From Candidatus Heimdallarchaeota archaeon (GTDB lineage Archaea; Asgardarchaeota; Heimdallarchaeia; Heimdallarchaeales; Heimdallarchaeaceae), in contig JAHLWR010000003.1 of the NCBI GenBank assembly GCA_019057815.1, positions 1 through 64,000 of the forward strand: 64,000 nt of DNA, given 5' to 3'. How positions within the stretch are numbered: position 1 is the first letter of the stretch; each line of letters starts with the position of its first letter. The translations under genes and the position numbers were made by a program. The notes under the pieces are model-generated. The model saw only the letters and a list, made by a program, of their open reading frames with translations, made no database searches and was not told where the DNA came from. Positions 47,430 through 57,067 of this stretch are shown piece after piece.

Positions 47430-48512
47430 TCAGTTTGTGATATCTCCTCTAATGAATTTCTCTACCAGTTGGAATGCCTCTGAATCTGGTATTTGTTTAG
47501 GAGGATGTTTGAAGAAATAACTGGAAACACCGACTAAAGGTCCTCCTATACCTCTGTCTTTTGCAATCTTCAAAGACCTTATAACATCTATCATAACTCC
47601 CGCGCTATTTGGTGAGTCTTGAACTGATAATTTCAGTTGTATTTTTAGAGGTTGTTCTCCGAAATTTTTACCCTTCAACCATATATAACAGATTTTTTCA
47701 TCGTTTAGAAATGGAACATAGTCACTTGGACCTATTCTTGTAGGAACTTCATAAGGAATCATGCTTGTTACAGCTTCTGTTTTTGATATCCTTTTAGTAG
47801 TTAATCGGTATTCCTTCTTCATATTCTCAAAATCAGTGTTCCCTCCAATGTTTAACTGAAATGTTTCATCCATTTTAATTCCTCGATCATGAGCTAGACT
47901 AACTAGCATTCGATGTAAAATGGTCGCTCCTAATTGTGATTTAATATCATCACCAGCTAATGGTATTTTCTTATCAGTAAATTTCTGTGCCCACTCTGTG
48001 TTAGAAGCGATAAATGCTGGAATACCATTTGCGAAAGCTACATTTGAATCCAAAGCTGCTTGAGCGTACTTTTGGGTAGCTATTTCACTACCAACAGGTA
48101 AAAAATTGATTAATACGTCAGCTTGTGATTCCTTTAACGCGTCTGCGATATTTACCGAGGTTATTTCCTTAGGATCATAACAGTGGAAAGACTCTTTCAT
48201 ATGGGGTGCAACCCCATCATCAATATGTCCTGGTTGAACAGTGACATCCTTATTGGGGACATCTGAAAATTTCGCACAGCAATTGGGTTTAGCCCATATT
48301 GCTTCTGAGATGTCTTTACCTATCTTTTTAGTACTAACCTCAAAAGCTGCAACAACTTCAATATCTGAAATATGATACTCACCGAATTTTACATGCATGA
48401 TACCAGGAACATAGTCACGTGCATCTGCATTTTTATAGTATTCTAAGCCTTGAACTAAAGCTGAAGCACAGTTACCTAACCCAGCTATAGCTATTCGTAC
48501 TTTTTTAGTCAC
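47430..48512 (-). CDS. ino1: myo-Inositol-1-phosphate synthase
   Basis: GLGNCASALVQG, GDDIKSQLGATILH, QLNIGGNTDFENM, KRISKT, GPSDYVP, DSPNSAG, FFKHPP. Confidence 0.95.
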   Translation of the reverse strand: MTKKVRIAIAGLGNCASALVQGLEYYKNADARDYVPGIMHVKFGEYHISDIEVVAAFEVSTKKIGKDISEAIWAKPNCCAKFSDVPNKDVTVQPGHIDDGVAPHMKESFHCYDPKEITSVNIADALKESQADVLINFLPVGSEIATQKYAQAALDSNVAFANGIPAFIASNTEWAQKFTDKKIPLAGDDIKSQLGATILHRMLVSLAHDRGIKMDETFQLNIGGNTDFENMKKEYRLTTKRISKTEAVTSMIPYEVPTRIGPSDYVPFLNDEKICYIWLKGKNFGEQPLKIQLKLSVQDSPNSAGVMIDVIRSLKIAKDRGIGGPLVGVSSYFFKHPPKQIPDSEAFQLVEKFIRGDITN

Positions 48513-48602
48513 ATTGAGCTCTCCATTGCTATTGTTAAAGAATGATTTATTGAATAAACTTCAATCTACCGGAACAGTAGGCTTTTAAAAAGTTTTACCA
48601 TT

Positions 48603-49532
48603 TTGATATTTATGGAAGAGAAGCTAGGAACAATACTTCTTACTGGAGGATTAGGACAACTAGGTTATTTCACATATCTTAAGTTGAAACATCAGTACAA
48701 TATATGTATAGTCGATGATTTATCCAATGCTAAAGTTGAGCCACCAGAAGATGTACAATTCATTAAGAAAAGATTACCAGATGAAGAAATTTTTGAGAAA
48801 TTACCTAAAATCGATTTCATAATTCATCTTGCAGCTCAAATCAGTATAAAAAAATCAATCGAAAAACCAATTTATGATGCTTATTCTAACATATGCGGAA
48901 CGTTAAATTTGCTTGAGTATGCTAGGAAAAAAAACGTTAAAAAATTCATTTACATAAGTTCCGCAGGCACTTTCGGTAACCCTCAATATTTGCCAGTAGA
49001 TGAAAACCATCCCAGAAACCCTATCTCACCCTATGGATTAAGTAAACTTGTTGGAGAAAATTATGTAAAAATGTATAATGATCTTTATGGTTTAAACACC
49101 GTTAGTTTGATTCCATTTAATTTTTACAGTCCATTGCAAAACGAAAGCGACCCTTATGTAGGGGTAATATTCAAATTTCTTACAGCTGTAAAACGTGATA
49201 GTAATCTAACTATATTTGGTGATGGAGAACAAACTAGAGATTTCATCCATATTAAAGATGTAGCTGAAGCACTAGAATTGGCTCTTATTAAGAAAACCTC
49301 AAGTAAGACCTTCAATATCGGATCAGGGAAAGCTACTTCAATTGTTGATCTTGCTAATATGATTCTCCAAATCAGTAACAAAGATTTAGATATCACATTC
49401 CAACCAGCAATTAAAGGAGAGATTAAGGAAAGTTATTGTACAATTGAAAAAGCTGAAAAAGAATTGGATTTTTCTCCAAAAATATCGCTACACGACGGAT
49501 TAAAGGATATGTATGAAAAAATTATTCTCTAA
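48603..49532 (+). CDS. NAD-dependent nucleotide-sugar epimerase/dehydratase (GalE-like)
   Basis: TGGLGQLG, HLAA, SPYGLSK, IFGDGEQTRDFIH. Confidence 0.9.
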   Translation: MIFMEEKLGTILLTGGLGQLGYFTYLKLKHQYNICIVDDLSNAKVEPPEDVQFIKKRLPDEEIFEKLPKIDFIIHLAAQISIKKSIEKPIYDAYSNICGTLNLLEYARKKNVKKFIYISSAGTFGNPQYLPVDENHPRNPISPYGLSKLVGENYVKMYNDLYGLNTVSLIPFNFYSPLQNESDPYVGVIFKFLTAVKRDSNLTIFGDGEQTRDFIHIKDVAEALELALIKKTSSKTFNIGSGKATSIVDLANMILQISNKDLDITFQPAIKGEIKESYCTIEKAEKELDFSPKISLHDGLKDMYEKIIL

Positions 49533-49596
49533 CTCTCTTTCAAAGAAAGAAAAAGTTACCAAAACATATTAAATCCTCACCCTATTTTTAGAAATA

Positions 49597-51396
49597 ATGG
49601 GAAATTACGTTGTGGATACAAACTTATTTATCACAGGTTTTCAATCTCGCCCTGATACTTTTAAAAAATTTGCTCAAGCCCTTAAGCAATTGAATATTCA
49701 GATATTAATAACAAATGATGTTAAAAACGAGATGCGATATTACTTGCAAAGAGAAATAAAACCCCATGTGAAAATTAGACACATACAAAATGATGATTTT
49801 CAACTGTTTCTCACGAAAATCCATAGGATTACGACAAATCTTCCTCAAAAACCTGATTTAACAGTTATAAGTCTAGCTGATAAGATTCAAGCTACGGTAG
49901 TTTCGAGCGACCTTAAATTGTTGGAAACAGCTGAACTTATAGGTTTGAAGACTTTAACTAACAGCGCATTTGCTAAATTAGTTGCAAAAACAAATCAGGA
50001 TTCTTCTTTAAATTCTTTCTTACATGAGTTAGAATCAAAATTGTTTGCTGAAGAGATACGTTACTCTGTTGCTAGCACTAACAGATATGATCCTGTCAAA
50101 AGAATAAGAAAAATAATGGATTCAGCTATTAGTGTTATTCGTGCAGAATATGAGCAAAAGATGTCTCAAACAATTGTAAGCGACTTGAAACAAAAGGACA
50201 TATTTTCACTTGAAGCATTACAATTACAGGAGCTTTTAGTTGAAATAAGAAGCGATTTCACAACTTTAGAACAAGATTTTCAAGAAGAGAAATACGCAGA
50301 TTTAGAAGAAGAAATTCTAAGCAGAGTACGAGAAATAACTGACTTCATTGTAGATTGGAAGTTAGCTGTTAATATAATAGAAGATCATCCGATTTATAAT
50401 GATGCATTAGTTCTTCTGGGGAGACTACAGTATCTTGCTTGCATATGCTTAATAGAGAACCAAAAAGTGGAACTTGCTCGTGTATATATGGACAAGTTGA
50501 TGATGATACTTTTCCAGAATACCAAAGCTGTAAAAGAATATGGAATAGATGTTCACTTCTTAAGAATGATAATTTTATTGTTGTCAAACCAAATTAACCG
50601 CTTAACTTCTTATTTTACTGTAGCTTTTGAGGAAGAATGTCAGCTATATCAACGATGTGATGTTTCGAATATTATCAGAGCATTGATTTTACTTTCTGTA
50701 GTATTAGGTAAAGAAGGAGTAGAAGATACTTCAGATGTAGGGGATTTTGATAGTATTGAGTTCATTAACCAACTGGGTTTTAAATTCATGCAATTAAAGC
50801 AGCTGAAGAAAGCAAATCTAATGTTTGAACAAACTTTCTATCTATCATTAAATAGTGATAACAAAGGGTTGTGTATAGCTAGTATAGAATATCTAAGTTG
50901 GTTATATTTTTCAGGATTAGAAAGCGTGAAACTCACCATAGAAGAACTCTATGCAAAGTTGACAAAGAGGTACCCAAATATTAAAGCAAGCTATCGATAC
51001 AACCTAGTTATAACCAGTAAAGAAAGTGATCTTCAAAAATATGAAACCACAGATTTTGTGAGCATAGATAAAATCCCTAAAGCAATCAAAGCATCTAATT
51101 ATTGTATTGGTGTCAGGAAAGCTAAAATTAAGAGTAAAACAGTACCTTTAATCAGAGTTATGAATTGGGATATGATGGCTCGTATAGGAATTATAGACGA
51201 ATCTAATGTTTTAGAAGATAAAGCTTCTTTAGGTACGATTATCTATCTCGTAGAAGGTAAATTCAAGATAACAAAAGCTACCAAATATTTCAGAAACAAA
51301 TATGGTATAGAGTTTATTCTGACTATAAACCGTGAATCCTCTCCCCTAGTGATTGTCAGATCAACAAGTGGGTGGGATGCTTCAATATTGGAGTAA
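49597..51396 (+). CDS. PIN-domain protein with helical-repeat middle and beta-rich C-terminal domain
   Basis: VVDTN..VKNEM..KPDLTV..VSSDLKL gives the four acidic PIN positions. Confidence 0.72.
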   Translation: MGNYVVDTNLFITGFQSRPDTFKKFAQALKQLNIQILITNDVKNEMRYYLQREIKPHVKIRHIQNDDFQLFLTKIHRITTNLPQKPDLTVISLADKIQATVVSSDLKLLETAELIGLKTLTNSAFAKLVAKTNQDSSLNSFLHELESKLFAEEIRYSVASTNRYDPVKRIRKIMDSAISVIRAEYEQKMSQTIVSDLKQKDIFSLEALQLQELLVEIRSDFTTLEQDFQEEKYADLEEEILSRVREITDFIVDWKLAVNIIEDHPIYNDALVLLGRLQYLACICLIENQKVELARVYMDKLMMILFQNTKAVKEYGIDVHFLRMIILLLSNQINRLTSYFTVAFEEECQLYQRCDVSNIIRALILLSVVLGKEGVEDTSDVGDFDSIEFINQLGFKFMQLKQLKKANLMFEQTFYLSLNSDNKGLCIASIEYLSWLYFSGLESVKLTIEELYAKLTKRYPNIKASYRYNLVITSKESDLQKYETTDFVSIDKIPKAIKASNYCIGVRKAKIKSKTVPLIRVMNWDMMARIGIIDESNVLEDKASLGTIIYLVEGKFKITKATKYFRNKYGIEFILTINRESSPLVIVRSTSGWDASILE

Positions 51397-51445
51397 TATA
51401 CGTTATCTCCGAAATTCTTTTTATTGGTATTGCTAATAACCAATT

Positions 51446-52165
51446 ATGGAACTTGTAGAAACGGGAATACTAGGATTGGATCGAATATTAGGAGGAGGTT
51501 TCCCCAAAGGGAGAACAATATTGGTCGCTGGACCTGCAGGAGCTGGGAAATCTACATTTGGAATTCAATTCTTATATCATGGAATTCTAACTGGAGGAGA
51601 AAGTGGAATCTTTGTCTCTTTTGATGAGCTCCCAGCTCATGTTAGGGAGGAATGTCTAAACTATGGATGGAATCTAAAAGAATTAGAAGATGATAATCTG
51701 TTAGTTATTGTTGATGGATTTAGCCCTAGGGCAGGTGTTAGCTCAGGAGAAAAATATCAAACTCTAGTAGATGTTGATGAGGTTATAACACAACTGGTGG
51801 AAGTAATTGATAAAACAGCTGCTGAAAGAGTGGTAATAGATTCGATAACAGCATTAGCATTATCAATGGCAAATGAACAACAAATAAGAAGGCAAATTCT
51901 CAAGTTAAGTGCAGTCATGTCTTCACTAGAATGTACAACCATATTAACAAGTGAAATGTCAAGAGGAGAAGTTTCAAGATTCGGTGTAGAAGAATTCATG
52001 AGTCAAGGTGTTATTGTTTTGAATTATGAATTTAGAAACTCAGTGGGAATAAGAAGTTTAAATATAAGAAAAATGAGAGGAATAAAGCACGAAATGATAG
52101 AACGACCATTTTCTATCACATCAAGCGGAATCGAGGTACATTCAGATGAACAGTTTTACTACTAA
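51446..52165 (+). CDS. KaiC/RAD55-family single-domain ATPase
   Basis: TGILGLD.ILGGGFPKG, GPAGAGKS, RVVIDSI, RKMRG. Confidence 0.9.
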   Translation: MELVETGILGLDRILGGGFPKGRTILVAGPAGAGKSTFGIQFLYHGILTGGESGIFVSFDELPAHVREECLNYGWNLKELEDDNLLVIVDGFSPRAGVSSGEKYQTLVDVDEVITQLVEVIDKTAAERVVIDSITALALSMANEQQIRRQILKLSAVMSSLECTTILTSEMSRGEVSRFGVEEFMSQGVIVLNYEFRNSVGIRSLNIRKMRGIKHEMIERPFSITSSGIEVHSDEQFYY

Positions 52166-52243
52166 TATCTACTCTTGTTTAGCAAAATTTCAATCGATTA
52201 ACATAAGATTTAAAATAACAAGCTAAAAAAGAGAATGATAACA

Positions 52244-52462
52244 ATGGGTAATATCCGAACGAGCCAAGTAAAACGTCTTTCAAAACAGATAGTAAGAGAC
52301 TTCCATGACCAATTAAATACTGATTTCCAGAATAATAAGATGGTTGTCGAAGAAGTTTGCTCTCCTATGACAAAAAAAGTTCGTAATCAGATTGCAGGAT
52401 ATGTTACTAATATTATGAGACAATTCAAAGATCAAAAGATTCAGGTCTTAGAAGAATTATGA
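52244..52462 (+). CDS. rps17e: 30S ribosomal protein S17e
   Basis: MGNIRTSQVKR..DFQNNK..KKVRNQIAGYVT. Confidence 0.95.
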   Translation: MGNIRTSQVKRLSKQIVRDFHDQLNTDFQNNKMVVEEVCSPMTKKVRNQIAGYVTNIMRQFKDQKIQVLEEL

Positions 52463-52550
52463 GATTTTTATATGTGGGAATGTTTTAACCATAACATTCT
52501 TCTAAATCTTAAACGAAAAACCTTTTTAATTTCTAGTATTAAGCGCTTAT

Positions 52551-53819
52551 ATGGATTTAAAGTCTAGAATTCCAGGTTTTTATGATAAAACTATAGAAGA
52601 AAGACAAATCATTATTAAAGACCTTCTTAACTTATCTGAAGATGATATTAAGACTCTGGAAGGAAAAAAGATTTCTGAAAAAACACTAAACATCATGATA
52701 GAAAATGTTATTGGGCAAATTCCTCTCCCAATAGGAATTGCAACAAATTTCACAGTAAATAAAAAAGATTATCTTATCCCGATGGTTACTGAGGAATCTT
52801 CAGTTATTGCTGCTGCTAGTAATGCAGCAAAAATCGCTCGTACAAAAGGGGGGTTCAGAGCAGAATATTCAGGATCAAATGTAATAGGCCAATTACAGAT
52901 TTTAAGCAATGAAGATTTTACTCTGATAAAAGAGAAGCTGTTAAATCATAAAGATGAACTGTTGGAAATAGCAAATTCAACTAATGAGATTTTGGTTAAA
53001 CTTGGAGGAGGTGCTAAAGATATAGAAGTTCGCTCTGTAAAAGGGAAGTTACAAAATTACCATCTTCTGCATTTGATAGTTGATACTCTAGATGCTATGG
53101 GTGCTAATGCTATTAACACTATGTTAGAGGCTATTAGCCCAAAAGTAAACGAAATTTCTAATGGAAATGTTTTATTAAAAATTATCTCCAATTATGCTAT
53201 TAAACGAAAAGTTAGCGTAGAAGCTGTTTTTGATAAAGAAGGATTGGGAGGAGAAAAAGTTGTAGACAATATCTTATTAGCTTATGATTTAGCTGATAAT
53301 GATATTTACCGAGCTGTAACCCATAACAAAGGGATAATGAATGGTATAACGTCAGTAATGCTTGCTACAGGAAATGATACAAGAGCTATAGAAGCTGGAG
53401 CACACGCATATGCAGTAAGAGATGGTAGTTACCGCTCTTTAACAAGATACGAGAAAACACAAGAAGGAAATCTAAGAGGAGTTTTAGAAATTCCTATGTC
53501 TGTTGGCATTCTTGGAGGGGCTATTAATGTTCATCCATCATATAAACTATCTCTTAAGATTCTAAATGTTTCTACAGCTGAAGAATTAGCTAAAGTAGCT
53601 GGAGCAGTAGGATTGGCTCAAAATGTTGCAGCATTACGAGCTCTTGTCTCAGAGGGTATTCAAGAAGGACATATGTTGTTACACGCGAGAAATGTAGCTG
53701 TGAGCGCTGGAGCTACTGGTGAAGAAATAGAAAAAATAGCTGAAATAATGATAAGTGAAAAAACTATCAATTACGACTCTGCAAAAAAAGCTCTAAATTC
53801 TGAACTAAAAAAAAAATAA
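52551..53819 (+). CDS. mvaA: HMG-CoA reductase, class II
   Basis: ENVIG, PMVTEESSVIAA, DAMGAN, THNKGIMNG, GLAQN, GIQEGHM.LH. Confidence 0.94.
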   Translation: MDLKSRIPGFYDKTIEERQIIIKDLLNLSEDDIKTLEGKKISEKTLNIMIENVIGQIPLPIGIATNFTVNKKDYLIPMVTEESSVIAAASNAAKIARTKGGFRAEYSGSNVIGQLQILSNEDFTLIKEKLLNHKDELLEIANSTNEILVKLGGGAKDIEVRSVKGKLQNYHLLHLIVDTLDAMGANAINTMLEAISPKVNEISNGNVLLKIISNYAIKRKVSVEAVFDKEGLGGEKVVDNILLAYDLADNDIYRAVTHNKGIMNGITSVMLATGNDTRAIEAGAHAYAVRDGSYRSLTRYEKTQEGNLRGVLEIPMSVGILGGAINVHPSYKLSLKILNVSTAEELAKVAGAVGLAQNVAALRALVSEGIQEGHMLLHARNVAVSAGATGEEIEKIAEIMISEKTINYDSAKKALNSELKKK

Positions 53820-53841
53820 AAAATGAGAAAAAGCGGAATGG

Positions 53842-54948
53842 TCATTCTAGATTATTTTGAATACTCTCGGAATTTTGACCTTGAGTGAGTTTAGGATTTT
53901 TCTTTTCTTTTTCTAAAGCATTAATGTAAGACATAGCCACAATTGGTACAAACAAAACTATTGCACCAACCCATTCTAGTGTTTCTAGTCCGAATCCAAG
54001 GAAATAATAATTAACAAATATTGCCAATAACGGAAATGCTAGTTCAGCTAAACCTGCAATGGAGGCTTTAGTTCTTTTTAAACCAAAATAGTACAAAGAT
54101 AGTGGGAGAACCCCTCCTGTAAATAATGCGAAAAAGAGAATGCAAATAACAACTGGCCATTGCCAGTTCCAAGGTCCAAAAACATTAACTTTAGATCCAA
54201 GCATACTGAAGTACTCTTTATCATAAGTTAAGAGTGCTGCATTAAGGAAAATTAAAAATAAAAATCCTCCAATATATCTGATAAGAGTTAAATCCCAAAA
54301 ATCAACCTTTTTAGTTAATATTCTTCCAAAAACTGTTGATCCTCCCCACAACGTTGCTGCAACTAGTGAGCAAAAAATAGCTATCAACCCTTCATATCTT
54401 TCAGTACCTGAACCTTCAATACTCGTAATTATCGTTGGAGTGGTCATTAAACCAATTCCAACAAGCGCTATAGCTAATGCAAAATAGAAAAATTTGGAAG
54501 GACGTTCCTTTAGAATAAAAAAAGCAAAGATGAGTGTAATTAATGGTTGTGATTTCTGGAGAAGAATAGCTATAGTTGGATTTCCTAAAGAAAACGAAAT
54601 AAGAAAGAAAAATAAACCTAACGCTGATCCTCCAAAAGAAACGAAAATAACAGCAAACCAATCTCTTCTATCGAAACTCTTCATTGATTGCTTTAACTTG
54701 CCAAAACCTCTAGTGAAGCCTAATAGTGGTAATAAAATCAAGATTCCAAAGAGATGTTCTACTAATGCTACAAATGAAGACATTCGTGGAAAAGCCATTG
54801 TTTTTGCTATTCCCTCACTCGCTAAATCAGGTGCCACAAAGAGAACTGGATATCTTGCAGGAGCATCAAAGGCTCGAGCTGCATTAGCTAGAGAAACAAA
54901 GACTGGACCAAAAGGTGAAGTATCTGTAGTCTCTAGTGTATGTGTCAT
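53842..54948 (-). CDS. DMT/EamA family transporter
   Basis: About 10 TMs with internal duplication; QKSQP, LWGGSTVFGR, YYFGLKRTKAS.A.LAEL.FP. Confidence 0.85.
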   Translation of the reverse strand: MTHTLETTDTSPFGPVFVSLANAARAFDAPARYPVLFVAPDLASEGIAKTMAFPRMSSFVALVEHLFGILILLPLLGFTRGFGKLKQSMKSFDRRDWFAVIFVSFGGSALGLFFFLISFSLGNPTIAILLQKSQPLITLIFAFFILKERPSKFFYFALAIALVGIGLMTTPTIITSIEGSGTERYEGLIAIFCSLVAATLWGGSTVFGRILTKKVDFWDLTLIRYIGGFLFLIFLNAALLTYDKEYFSMLGSKVNVFGPWNWQWPVVICILFFALFTGGVLPLSLYYFGLKRTKASIAGLAELAFPLLAIFVNYYFLGFGLETLEWVGAIVLFVPIVAMSYINALEKEKKNPKLTQGQNSESIQNNLE

Positions 54949-55059
54949 GAGAGCTTTTTCTAAAGAATCTTTATATTTTTATGGGTTATGTTACCAAGTT
55001 TTTGGTAATAAAAATCTCTTTGTGAGATATTTTTTTAATTGTATACAGAATTTTAGATT

Positions 55060-55899
55060 ATGGATGAGGATAAAAAAAAGATAGTAGCTGATAAACCAGT
55101 TTTAGAGAAGGGAAAACAATATCACATAAATGCAAAACCTGGAGACATTCTAGGCACAGTTTTATTACCTGGAGATCCAGAAAGATCAAAAAAAATTGCG
55201 GAAACTTGGGATGAATATAAAGAAGTGGCAAAACACCGTCAATATCATTCTTACACGGGGAAATTTGAGGGTATTCCTATCAGTGTTACTTCTACTGGAG
55301 TTGGAACTCCTGCATGTGAAATAGCTTTAACTGAATTAGCTAATATCGGTTGTAATACATTTATCAGGGTGGGTTCAACTGGAGCTATTCAGCCAGGGAT
55401 TGAATTGGGAGATTTAATAATTAGCACTGGGGCAGTGAAACTGGAAGGTTCTAGCATTCATTATGTTCCTAATAGTTTTCCAGCTATAGCTCACCATGAA
55501 ATAATACTTGCACTCATTGAAGCTTGTGAAATCCATGGGTACAGATATCATGTAGGTTTAACAGCTTCAACTTCTAGTTTCTATCTTGGTCAAGGACGAC
55601 CAGGTTACAGTGATTATAAAACTTCTAGAACTGACAATATACTTCCAGATTTGCAGAAAGCTAGAGTTTTGAATTTTGAGATGGAAGCTTCCCACATATT
55701 CACTTTAGGACAAATTTTCGGTCTTAGAACTGGAGCCATTTGTGCAGTTTATGCTAATAGAGTTACAAACGAGTTTGGAACTGTAGGAGAGAAAAAAGCC
55801 ATTATGGCAGCAAATTATGCTGCTAAGATACTATCTGAAATGGATGAGGATAAAGAGAAAGCCGATAAGGAATTCTGGCATAGGAAAATCGCTCTCTGA
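55060..55899 (+). CDS. udp: Uridine phosphorylase
   Basis: LLPGDPER, STGVGTP, IRVGSTGAIQ, FYLGQGR, NFEMEA. Confidence 0.92.
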   Translation: MDEDKKKIVADKPVLEKGKQYHINAKPGDILGTVLLPGDPERSKKIAETWDEYKEVAKHRQYHSYTGKFEGIPISVTSTGVGTPACEIALTELANIGCNTFIRVGSTGAIQPGIELGDLIISTGAVKLEGSSIHYVPNSFPAIAHHEIILALIEACEIHGYRYHVGLTASTSSFYLGQGRPGYSDYKTSRTDNILPDLQKARVLNFEMEASHIFTLGQIFGLRTGAICAVYANRVTNEFGTVGEKKAIMAANYAAKILSEMDEDKEKADKEFWHRKIAL

Positions 55900-55902
55900 T
55901 TT

Positions 55903-55957
55903 GAGAGGGAGGGAGGCCCATCTTGCTACGAAAATCATGAAGATATGCAAGATGGGC
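55903..55957 (-). ncRNA. Candidate small hairpin RNA (alternatively a bidirectional terminator)
   Basis: Perfect 11-bp stem GCCCATCTTGC/GCAAGATGGGC (55916-55926 with 55947-55957); minus-strand TTTATAAA box at 55987-55980; pyrimidine tract after the stem. Confidence 0.4.
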
Positions 55958-55979
55958 GTATTAATTTAAAATTTTAAGG

Positions 55980-55994
55980 TTTATAAATTCTTCG
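55980..55994 (-). promoter_or_regulatory. Putative BRE/TATA promoter pointing at the hairpin
   Basis: Minus strand reads CGAAGAA-TTTATAAA, ending 22 nt before the stem. Confidence 0.35.
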
Positions 55995-56117
55995 ACAGTT
56001 TTTGATATAAAAGCCTTAAAAGTTCTCTTCACAAATAACAATGTTATCTTTTTGTTTATTGAATGACTTTAATAATTGTCAAATTAAGCCTTTAAACAAA
56101 AGAGGGAAGAGTCAGTT

Positions 56118-56864
56118 TTATTCTTGAATCTTGAATATTCCTGGGAAATAATATACACTTGTTTCGTCATCAAGTACCGCTAAACCCATCTCAGACATCA
56201 TTGTTAATGTGGACTGTGACCTTTCAAAAGGCCAACCTAAATGTGATGACACTTGCTCCGCTTTCAAACCTGGAAGACCTGTCGCAAGTTGTAAAATCTC
56301 TTCCAAGTCATTAGAAAGTTCAATTGGTTTGAATCTTATTAACACTTCATCTTCGCCTAAATCCACTTTTGGAGGTATTAATTTCTCTTTTTCTAATTCT
56401 TTAATTGTTTGTAGAATCTCACCTGTTTTAATCTTCCAATTTGGTCTGGTTCTTTTAAAATATTCAACAAAATTAGCAACTGTAATTGCATAACCCATCG
56501 CTTTTAATTCTTCAGTCCCTATAGTTAAAATCTCTCTAGCAAGTTTTTGTCTGTATTCATCTTTTCCGAAAATTACAGGAGCCTTGATTTTTCCTGCTGT
56601 TCCAATGGTTGAAGACATTTCAGCTTTTTGTCTTATCTCTAATAGCTTTCTAACAAGGTTTTTGGAAGATAGAAGTTCTACTTTCGATTTTTTCTCAATT
56701 TCCTCTATCCCTTTCTGAAGAATATCTTTTTTCTTTTCTTTATCTTTCTTTTGAGTTTCAACAATATCTTGTTCAAAAGAGGAGTAAGCTTGTGATAAAG
56801 CTGAACGTGTTAGTGTTTCTTCGCTTTTGTCTTTTTTTTCCTTTTTCTTTTTGTCTTGAACCAT
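56118..56864 (-). CDS. ESCRT-II Vps22/Vps36 (EAP30)-like winged-helix protein
   Basis: C-terminus PIELSND..ILQLA..LGWPFERSQSTL..MGLAVLDD..YYFPGIF matches the Vps22/SNF8 second winged helix; start at 56864 or further upstream, up to 56894. Confidence 0.8.
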   Translation of the reverse strand: MVQDKKKKEKKDKSEETLTRSALSQAYSSFEQDIVETQKKDKEKKKDILQKGIEEIEKKSKVELLSSKNLVRKLLEIRQKAEMSSTIGTAGKIKAPVIFGKDEYRQKLAREILTIGTEELKAMGYAITVANFVEYFKRTRPNWKIKTGEILQTIKELEKEKLIPPKVDLGEDEVLIRFKPIELSNDLEEILQLATGLPGLKAEQVSSHLGWPFERSQSTLTMMSEMGLAVLDDETSVYYFPGIFKIQE

Positions 56865-57067
56865 TATAACCATAGAGAAATGCATTGATTTCATATAAAA
56901 GAGTATTCAAATGATTTAGACTTAATGTTAATCTTGTTTACTCAAATTCAAAGTTATAAGTTGTGAAACAAAAATATCTTAAAGACTAAAAATAAAAAAA
57001 ATAAAAATAAGAAGTAGAATGACAAATTAAGTATTGTATTTTATTTTATTAGGAAAGTGTATAAAAA

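Noticed and set aside
54494-55084. 196-aa plus-strand ORF
   Set aside because: Antisense shadow of the hydrophobic DMT gene; no motifs of its own.
55060-55854. 15-nt direct repeat ATGGATGAGGATAAA at 55060 and 55840, near both ends of udp
   Set aside because: Both copies are in-frame MDEDK codons of low complexity with no mobile-element context; probably chance.
55897-55957. Hairpin after the udp TGA as a SECIS element or selenocysteine read-through signal
   Set aside because: udp is full length at the TGA, that position is not catalytic, and the loop does not clearly match an archaeal or eukaryote-like SECIS core.
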